Below, one piece after another: positions 42,677 through 48,697 of a stretch of 64,000 nt of DNA; position 1 is the first letter of the stretch; the number at the start of each line of letters is the position of its first letter. This DNA comes from Burkholderiales bacterium (GTDB lineage Bacteria > Pseudomonadota > Gammaproteobacteria > Burkholderiales > SG8-39). The translations under genes and the position numbers were made by a program. Below the pieces are notes generated by a model, which was not told where the DNA came from, made no database searches, and saw nothing but the letters and a program-made list of their open reading frames with translations. Location of the stretch: positions 39,310-103,309 of the forward strand of contig DATGGA010000064.1 in the NCBI GenBank assembly GCA_035308765.1, read 5' to 3'.

Positions 42677-42700
42677 GCTGTAACCCGGGGGCGGTAAACA
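42667..42700 (+). promoter_or_regulatory. Pho box plus -10 upstream of class-III aminotransferase (overlaps PSD-like start codon)
   Basis: CCGTCAC-catg-CTGTAAC (42667-42684), 10 nt, then TAAACA (42695-42700). The spacer 'catg' contains the minus-strand ATG of the PSD-like gene. Confidence 0.5.
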
Positions 42701-42708
42701 GGCCGCAA

Positions 42709-44358
42709 ATGAACGAGACCTATCTTCTCTACGGCATCGGCGCCGCCGCGGCCATGCTGACCATCCCGGCGCTCAAGACGCGCCTGGAGCTGTCGAAGGC
42801 CAAACATCCTTCGCTTACGGGCCATTCCCGCATGGCGCGCCGGGTCGCCGGACTGATTCCCTATTACGGCTACGACGAGCAGCGGGTTTTCCGCTCCGAC
42901 GGCGCACCCGACGAGATCGAGGCGCGGCGCCGGGCGGGGTTCGCCCGACTCGCCGAGCTCTACCGCCGGCGCTTTGCGAAGACGGCGGCGCTCACCAATG
43001 AGGCGCGCAAGGGAATGTCGGACCTGCAGTTCACCAGCGCCTACCGCGTGCCGTTCCAGTACAGCAGGTATGTGCGCAGGCACCTCGGGTTCGGGGCATT
43101 CGTGGAATCGTCCAGCGGCGTGACGGTCACGGACCTCGATGGCAACTGCTTCTACGATCTCACAGGGTCCTACGGGGTCAACGTGTTCGGCTACGACTTT
43201 TACAAGTCGTGCATGGCCGAGGGCAGCGCACGCGCCGCGATGCTGGGACCCGTGCTTGGGGCCTATCATCCCGCCGTCGCGTACAACGTGCGCCGGTTGC
43301 GCGAGATCTCCGGCCTGGACGAGGTGTCCTTTCACATGTCCGGCACCGAGGCGGTGATGCAGGCGGTGCGCCTCGCGCGGTATCACACACGCCGTTCCCA
43401 CCTGGTGCGCTTCTGCGGCGCCTACCATGGCTGGTGGGAAGACGTGCAGCCCGGCATCGGTAACCCGGTGCCGCCGCACAATACCTACACGCTGAAGGAC
43501 ATGGACGAGGACTCTTTGCGCGTGCTGCGTCGGCGCCGCGACATTGCCTGCGTGCTGGTGAACCCGCTGCAGGCCCTGCATCCGAACATGAATGCGCCCG
43601 GCGACGGCTCGCTGGTGGACAGCACGCGCCACGCGCACTTCGACCGGGCCGGCTATGCAAAGTGGCTGAAGCGGCTGCGCGAAGTCTGCACCGAGCGCGG
43701 CGTCGTGCTGATCTTCGACGAGGTGTTCGTCGGCTTCCGTATCGCACCCGGCGGCGCGCAGGAATATTTCGGCGTGCGCGCCGACCTGGTCACCTACGGC
43801 AAGACGCTGGGCGGCGGATTTCCGGTTGGCGCGGTCTGCGGGCGCGCCGGTCTCATGAAGCGCTTCCGAGAAGACCGGCCGGCCGACATCTGCTTCGCGC
43901 GCGGCACGTTCAATTCGCATCCCTACGTGATGGGCGCGATGCAGGTGTTCCTCGAACGTCTGGAAAGCGCGGATCTGCGCGAGCCGTATCGCGGTCTCGA
44001 CGAGTGCTGGGATCGCCGCGCCGGGCGGCTCAATGAACGGCTCAGGGAAGCGGGGTTGCCCGTGCAGGTAGCGAACCTGTCGTCGATCTGGACCGTCTGC
44101 TATACGCAGCCGTCGCGCTACAACTGGATGCTGCAGTACTACATGCGCACCGAAGGGCTGGCGCTCAGCTGGGTCGGCACCGGTCGGCTGATTTTCAGCC
44201 TCGACTATGCGGAGGCCGATTTCGAAGCGGTCGCGGAACGGTTCATTGCCGCCGCCACGGCCATGCAGAGGGATGGCTGGTGGTGGTCGGACCCCGCGCT
44301 GACCGACAAGTCGATCAAGCGCGGGATACTCAGGGAAATGCTCTCGCAACGGTTCTGA
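42709..44358 (+). CDS. class-III PLP aminotransferase (glutamate-1-semialdehyde aminomutase-like) with ~90-100 aa N-terminal extension
   Basis: 549 aa. Motifs SGTEAVMQAVRLAR, DEVFVGFR, and the PLP-lysine region TYGKTLGGGFPVGA. The N-terminal ~100 residues have no HemL counterpart. An alternative ATG is at 42754. Confidence 0.8.
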   Translation: MNETYLLYGIGAAAAMLTIPALKTRLELSKAKHPSLTGHSRMARRVAGLIPYYGYDEQRVFRSDGAPDEIEARRRAGFARLAELYRRRFAKTAALTNEARKGMSDLQFTSAYRVPFQYSRYVRRHLGFGAFVESSSGVTVTDLDGNCFYDLTGSYGVNVFGYDFYKSCMAEGSARAAMLGPVLGAYHPAVAYNVRRLREISGLDEVSFHMSGTEAVMQAVRLARYHTRRSHLVRFCGAYHGWWEDVQPGIGNPVPPHNTYTLKDMDEDSLRVLRRRRDIACVLVNPLQALHPNMNAPGDGSLVDSTRHAHFDRAGYAKWLKRLREVCTERGVVLIFDEVFVGFRIAPGGAQEYFGVRADLVTYGKTLGGGFPVGAVCGRAGLMKRFREDRPADICFARGTFNSHPYVMGAMQVFLERLESADLREPYRGLDECWDRRAGRLNERLREAGLPVQVANLSSIWTVCYTQPSRYNWMLQYYMRTEGLALSWVGTGRLIFSLDYAEADFEAVAERFIAAATAMQRDGWWWSDPALTDKSIKRGILREMLSQRF

Positions 44359-44359
44359 A

Positions 44360-44968
44360 TCAGCCGTGCTGCCGGTGCGGCATCGGGTCGATCAGCTCGC
44401 CGCGCAAGAGATACATCGGCGCCTTGTGATAGAGCTTCAGGTCGTGGAACGGGTCGGTCAGGATCTTTATCATCCATACCAGCCCCGTCTTTACGTCCCG
44501 GATGAAGAACAGGTGCACCGTGCGGAACAGCAGGCCGCCTACACCCAGCGCGAGCCAGATCATGGCCAAGTGATGCACGTAGTCGTAGGTCGTGACCGGT
44601 AGCTCGAACAGGCCGAACAGCGTGGGATCGGCAAGCAGCGGCAGCGGGGCCAGCGCCCAGGCCACGTACAGCAGTATCTTGCGGCGCAAGTTGTATCCGA
44701 TCTTGATTTCCTCCTTGTACTCGTGCGTCGCCTGATTGACGTGGTCGTAACCCTTCGGCTCGAAGAAAAAGTGTCCCGACTGGCGCGCGGTCATTGCGAT
44801 CAGCCAGCCGATCAATGCAGCGGCGACCGGATAAACAAACAGCATCGCGTAGGCGCACAGGAAGCTCGCCGCGCTGACGAAATGCAGCGACTGGTTGATC
44901 CGGCTGTGGTGATAGTAGCGGTGATCGTCCCAGCGCTGGATTTGGAGGGTGCGGAGAATTTCTTTCAT
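44360..44968 (-). CDS. polytopic membrane protein, possible DUF962/Mpo1-like (HxxxxNxxxH)
   Basis: 202 aa from the ATG at 44968, preceded by gaggag. About 4-5 TM segments. The motif YHHSRINQSLHF resembles the Mpo1-like family signature; this assignment is tentative. Confidence 0.5.
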   Translation of the reverse strand: MKEILRTLQIQRWDDHRYYHHSRINQSLHFVSAASFLCAYAMLFVYPVAAALIGWLIAMTARQSGHFFFEPKGYDHVNQATHEYKEEIKIGYNLRRKILLYVAWALAPLPLLADPTLFGLFELPVTTYDYVHHLAMIWLALGVGGLLFRTVHLFFIRDVKTGLVWMIKILTDPFHDLKLYHKAPMYLLRGELIDPMPHRQHG

Positions 44969-45012
44969 CTTGTCTCCTCGGCGGTTAAGTCGGAAACCTG
45001 ACAACGGGCCCG

Positions 45013-45068
45013 AGGATACGGGGGAATTGCGACAGTTCCGTAAAACGGAAATGACAAATCGACGACAG
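45013..45068 (-). promoter_or_regulatory. tandem Pho boxes (4 phased heptamers) plus -10 upstream of membrane protein 44360..44968
   Basis: Minus strand reads CTGTCGT-cgat-TTGTCAT-ttcc-GTTTTAC-ggaa-CTGTCGC (45068-45029), 10 nt, then TATCCT (45018-45013). Confidence 0.6.
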
Positions 45069-45079
45069 GGGGGCCAGTG

Positions 45080-45135
45080 CCGTCGCAATTCATTCACGCG
45101 GCGGTCATCGGGGCGTCGCGCGGCGGATCCATCAT
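45080..45135 (+). promoter_or_regulatory. tandem Pho-box-like array (4 phased heptamers) plus -10 upstream of GT4 glycosyltransferase B
   Basis: CCGTCGC-aatt-CATTCAC-gcgg-CGGTCAT-cggg-GCGTCGC (45080-45119), 10 nt, then CATCAT (45130-45135). Same layout as the GT4-A promoter, but the heptamers are weaker. Confidence 0.45.
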
Positions 45136-45141
45136 CGCGCC

Positions 45142-46407
45142 ATGCGAGCCGGGATGCGCGACGACCAGGCACCGATCCAGATCGAGCAGCTGGGCGGCGT
45201 TCGCCGATCGCTGCGCGTCGCGGTGGTGACCGAAACCTACCCGCCGGAAATCAACGGCGTTGCGCTGACCGCCGCGCGCTTCGTTGAAGGCCTGCGCCAG
45301 CGCGGTCACCAGATTCAACTCATCCGCCCGCGGCAAGACAGTACCGACCACGCGGATGCCGACGACCGTTTCCAGGAAGTGCTCATGCGGGGCGTCGCGA
45401 TTCCGCGCTATCCGAATCTGAGGATGGGCCTCCCGGCCAAGCGCGCACTCGAGCAGCTCTGGACTTACTGCCGCCCCGACGTCGTGCACATAGTCACCGA
45501 GGGCCCTCTGGGCTGGTCGGCCCAGCGGGCCGCCCTCAAGCTGCGCATCCCCGCAGTCTCGGATTTCCGCACCAATTTCCACGCCTACAGCCGGCACTAC
45601 GGCATCGGCTGGCTCGGGAAGCCGATCCTCGCCTACCTGCGCAAATTCCACAACCGTACCTTGTGCACCATGGTGCCAACGGAATCCATGCGCGCCGACC
45701 TCGCTGCGCTCGGCTTCTATCGCCTGCGCGTAGTGGCGCGCGGAGTGGACACGGCGCTTTTCGACCCGGCGCGACGCAGCACGGCGCTACGCGCCAGCTG
45801 GGGTGCGGCGCCGGAAGACCCCGTGCTGCTGCATGTAGGCCGCCTCGCGCCGGAAAAGAATCTCGATGCGCTGCTTGCCGCGTTCGAGGCGGCTCGCGAG
45901 CGTGCGCCGCGCGCCAGGCTGGTGCTGGTCGGCGACGGCCCGTCCCGGGGCGAAATGCAGGCGCGCTGCCCGGAAGCGATCCTCGCCGGGACGCGGCGCG
46001 GCGAGGAACTTGCCGCGCACTACGCTTCGGGGGACATGTTCCTGTTTCCGAGCCTGACGGAGACCTACGGCAACGTGACCGTGGAGGCGCTGGCGAGCGG
46101 CCTGGCCGTGATCGCCTACGACTACGCCGCCGCAGCGGCGCATATCCGTCACGGGCATAACGGCCTGCTGGCGGATTTCGACAACACGGCGGAATTCGCT
46201 GCGCTCGCGGCCGGGCTGGTCACAAATCTGTCCCAGATTCGGGCGCTGGCCGTCAAAGCGCGGCAGGAAGTGCTGGCGCACGACTGGGGGCGCGTGGTGC
46301 AGCAGCTCGAAGGCGTTCTGGAGGTCGCGGCCGGTACGGGCAGCGGACGGTTCTACGGCAGTTCCGGTGGCCGCCGCGCGCGCAGTCCCATGCCCCAGAG
46401 CACGTAG
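45142..46407 (+). CDS. GT4-family glycosyltransferase B (paralogue of 39280..40446)
   Basis: Collinear with GT4-A over its whole length (VVTETYPPEINGVA, PRYPNLRMGLP, TDFRTNFHAYS, LAPEKN, EX7E ETYGNVTVEALASG). Start is ATG 45142 or 45154. Confidence 0.8.
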   Translation: MRAGMRDDQAPIQIEQLGGVRRSLRVAVVTETYPPEINGVALTAARFVEGLRQRGHQIQLIRPRQDSTDHADADDRFQEVLMRGVAIPRYPNLRMGLPAKRALEQLWTYCRPDVVHIVTEGPLGWSAQRAALKLRIPAVSDFRTNFHAYSRHYGIGWLGKPILAYLRKFHNRTLCTMVPTESMRADLAALGFYRLRVVARGVDTALFDPARRSTALRASWGAAPEDPVLLHVGRLAPEKNLDALLAAFEAARERAPRARLVLVGDGPSRGEMQARCPEAILAGTRRGEELAAHYASGDMFLFPSLTETYGNVTVEALASGLAVIAYDYAAAAAHIRHGHNGLLADFDNTAEFAALAAGLVTNLSQIRALAVKARQEVLAHDWGRVVQQLEGVLEVAAGTGSGRFYGSSGGRRARSPMPQST

Positions 46408-47114
46408 CCCGAGACGGCATAGGCCAGGCACAGCAGGAACAGTACGACCGGCGGGCGAAGCGAGACCACCGCAAGGCCGGCGACGAACGCCAGCATCACC
46501 CAGAAAGGCACCGCCCGCTTGAGGTTGAATTCCTTGAAGCTGTAGAACGGCACGTTGGTCACCATGGTGATGCCTGCGTACATCGTGAACACCCAGGCGA
46601 TCATGCTCAGCCACAATTCGCGGTCGATGCCGAAGTCGTCGAATACCCACACCAGGCCCGCCAGCAGCGCAGCGGCCGCCGGACTCGGGATGCCCTGGAA
46701 GTAGCGTCTATCGACGACATCCATGTTTACGTTGAAACGCGCCAGCCGCAGCGCGGCGCCGGCGCAGTATACGAAGGCGGCGATCCAGCCGAGCTTGCCC
46801 ATGCCTTTCAGCGCCCAGACGTACATGACGAGCGCAGGCGCGGCGCCGAATGAAACCATGTCCGACAGGCTGTCGTACTGTGCGCCAAACTCGCTTTGCG
46901 TATGCGTGAGCCGCGCGATGCGGCCGTCCAGCCCGTCGAGAACCATGGCGACGAAGATGGCGATCGCCGCAAGTTCGAAATGTTCGTTCATCGCCTGCAC
47001 GATGGCGTAGAAGCCGGAGAACAGCGAAGCGGTGGTGAAAAGGTTCGGCAGCAGATAGATGCTGCGCCGGCGGAACAGGCTCAGGCTGCGGCCGCCCTCC
47101 TCGAAGTCTCCCAT
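46353..47114 (-). CDS. pssA: CDP-alcohol phosphatidyltransferase, PssA-like (CDP-diacylglycerol--serine O-phosphatidyltransferase type II)
   Basis: Perfect D-G-x2-A-R-x8-G-x3-D-x3-D motif (DGLDGRIARLTHTQSEFGAQYDSLSD). N-terminal YLLPNLFT. Polytopic. Confidence 0.8.
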   Translation of the reverse strand: MGDFEEGGRSLSLFRRRSIYLLPNLFTTASLFSGFYAIVQAMNEHFELAAIAIFVAMVLDGLDGRIARLTHTQSEFGAQYDSLSDMVSFGAAPALVMYVWALKGMGKLGWIAAFVYCAGAALRLARFNVNMDVVDRRYFQGIPSPAAAALLAGLVWVFDDFGIDRELWLSMIAWVFTMYAGITMVTNVPFYSFKEFNLKRAVPFWVMLAFVAGLAVVSLRPPVVLFLLCLAYAVSGYVLWGMGLRARRPPELP

Positions 47115-47148
47115 CGCATATCCCTGTTTTGCCGGGGTGACGGGCGAG

Positions 47149-47183
47149 ACCCTACAGGGAGAGTTGCGACAATCTGATGACAG
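47149..47183 (-). promoter_or_regulatory. Pho box plus -10 upstream of pssA-like gene
   Basis: Minus strand reads CTGTCAT-caga-TTGTCGC (47183-47166), 11 nt, then TAGGGT (47154-47149). Confidence 0.55.
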
Positions 47184-47191
47184 CGCCGCAA

Positions 47192-47225
47192 GATTAACGA
47201 TCGTGTCATATCCGGAGACTAGCCT
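47192..47225 (+). promoter_or_regulatory. Pho box plus -10 upstream of PlcP/LpxH-like metallophosphoesterase
   Basis: GATTAAC-gatc-GTGTCAT (47192-47209), 10 nt, then TAGCCT (47220-47225). Divergent from the pssA-like box only 9 bp away. Confidence 0.55.
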
Positions 47226-47264
47226 AGCAGCTCAATTGCTTACGCCGGGAACCTGAGGTTATTT

Positions 47265-48083
47265 GTGCCGCACGTCCGCGCCATCTTCCTCTCGGACATC
47301 CACCTCGGCACGCCCGCCTGCCAGGCCGGGCGGCTGCTCGAATTCCTCAAGGCGCACGAGTCGGAGTACCTGTTCCTGGTCGGCGACATCATCGATTTCT
47401 GGGCGATGCAGCGCCGCGGCGTGTACTGGTCTGCCGAGCAGAACACCGTGGTGCAGAAGATCCTCAAGCGCGCGCGCCACGACGTCAAGGTGATCTTCGT
47501 GCCCGGCAACCACGACGAAGCCGCGCGCGAGCACACCGGCACCTCGTTCGGCAACATCCGCGTCGAGCGCGACTATGTGCACCTGGCCGCCGACGGCAGG
47601 CGCTACCTGCTGATCCATGGCGACGAGTTCGACCAGGTCACGCGCTATCACCGGTGGCTGGCGATCCTTGGCGACCACGCATACTCGATGGTCGTGCGCC
47701 TGAACATGTGGCTGTCCTGGCTGCGACGCACGCTCGGTATTCCCGGCTACTGGTCGCTCTCGGGCTACGTGAAGAAGAAGGTGAAGAGGGCGGTCAGCTT
47801 CGTCTTCGACTTCGAGGATTCGGTTCTGCGCCACGCGAGGGAGCGCGGCGTGGACGGGGTCATCTGCGGCCACATCCATTCCGCGACGATCCGCGACCAC
47901 GGCGGCATCACCTACATCAATTGCGGCGACTGGGTGGACAGCTGCACCGCGATCGTCGAAGATGAGAACGGCTCCATGGCGCTCGTGCACTGGGGGGGCG
48001 AAGACGAAATAGCGGAGCGCCTTCCTCCTTCGGCGGCGAGCTCCGCTCTGAATGAAGCCAGGGAAGACGCGGTCTTATGGTGA
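47265..48083 (+). CDS. LpxH-like calcineurin-type metallophosphoesterase, candidate PlcP-type phospholipase C
   Basis: GTG start after gagg. Metallophosphoesterase motifs SDIHLG, GDIIDFW, PGNHDE, IHGDEFD, GHIH. Its Pho-box promoter and neighbouring DAG-related genes favour a lipid-remodelling role over housekeeping LpxH. Confidence 0.75.
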   Translation: MPHVRAIFLSDIHLGTPACQAGRLLEFLKAHESEYLFLVGDIIDFWAMQRRGVYWSAEQNTVVQKILKRARHDVKVIFVPGNHDEAAREHTGTSFGNIRVERDYVHLAADGRRYLLIHGDEFDQVTRYHRWLAILGDHAYSMVVRLNMWLSWLRRTLGIPGYWSLSGYVKKKVKRAVSFVFDFEDSVLRHARERGVDGVICGHIHSATIRDHGGITYINCGDWVDSCTAIVEDENGSMALVHWGGEDEIAERLPPSAASSALNEAREDAVLW

Positions 48084-48433
48084 CGCTCGATATGTTCCGC
48101 AATGCCAAAGACGCGAGGCCCTACCTGGCCGGCGAGGCGATATTCCGCGCCGGCGACCGGGGCGACAACATGTACGTGGTGGTAGAGGGTGAAGTGAGCG
48201 TTTCGGCCAACGGCAGGGAACTTGAGCTGCTCGGACCCGGCGGCGTATTCGGCGAGATTGCGCTGATCGACAACGGACCGAGGTCGGCTGACGCGATCGC
48301 GGTAACGGATTGCCGCGTGGTCCCCATAGACGAGAACTGGTTCAAGTTCCTCGTGCAGCAAACGCCGTATTTCTCGCTCCAGATCATGCGCGTGATGGCC
48401 GACCGGCTGCGGCGCAGCATGCCCGCGCCATAA
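48077..48433 (+). CDS. stand-alone cyclic nucleotide-binding domain protein
   Basis: 118 aa with the CAP effector domain pattern (IFRAGDRGDNMYVVVEGEV...GGVFGEIALID..PRSADA). ATG overlaps the upstream stop (ATGGTGA). Confidence 0.65.
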   Translation: MVTLDMFRNAKDARPYLAGEAIFRAGDRGDNMYVVVEGEVSVSANGRELELLGPGGVFGEIALIDNGPRSADAIAVTDCRVVPIDENWFKFLVQQTPYFSLQIMRVMADRLRRSMPAP

Positions 48434-48624
48434 AAAATTGGCGGCTCCTGCGGGCCGCCAAAACCAACTCTCAAGTGGCGCTGAGGCAAGCCAGTGCCTC
48501 GGGAGCCTTGCGGACTGCCAGTTTCCCTTGCCGTGCTTGTGCGTGCGCTTCTTGGCTGCGTGCCCGGCCGAGAGACCAGCTGGAGGACCTTGAAATCATT
48601 CACGTCTGACTCTTATTTGCAGCG

Positions 48625-48658
48625 CTGTCATGGAGCGGTAATCCATGGTGGGTAGCGT
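48625..48658 (+). promoter_or_regulatory. Pho box plus -10 upstream of EAL-CBS-GGDEF gene
   Basis: CTGTCAT-ggag-CGGTAAT (48625-48642), 10 nt, then TAGCGT (48653-48658). 40 nt upstream of the GTG at 48698. Confidence 0.5.
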
Positions 48659-48697
48659 GGAAAGCGATCGTCAGTCCAATCCGAATACGAGTTCACG

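Noticed and set aside
42677-42760. Search for a Pho-type promoter for the PSD-like gene on the minus strand
   Set aside because: Only isolated half-sites were found (CTGTTTA, CGTTCAT), with no correctly spaced partner or TAnnnT hexamer. Regulation of this gene is left unassigned.
42670-44349. 559-aa minus-strand ORF antisense to the class-III aminotransferase
   Set aside because: The plus-strand frame has the PLP-lysine and other Aminotran_3 motifs. This frame has none.
48438-48461. Perfect 8-bp hairpin ttggcggc-tcctgcgg-gccgccaa after the small cNMP-binding gene
   Set aside because: It is not followed by a T-tract on the plus strand. The A-run precedes it, which would suit a minus-strand terminator, but no minus-strand gene ends there. 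It may still act as an RNA-stability element, but I do not call it a terminator.
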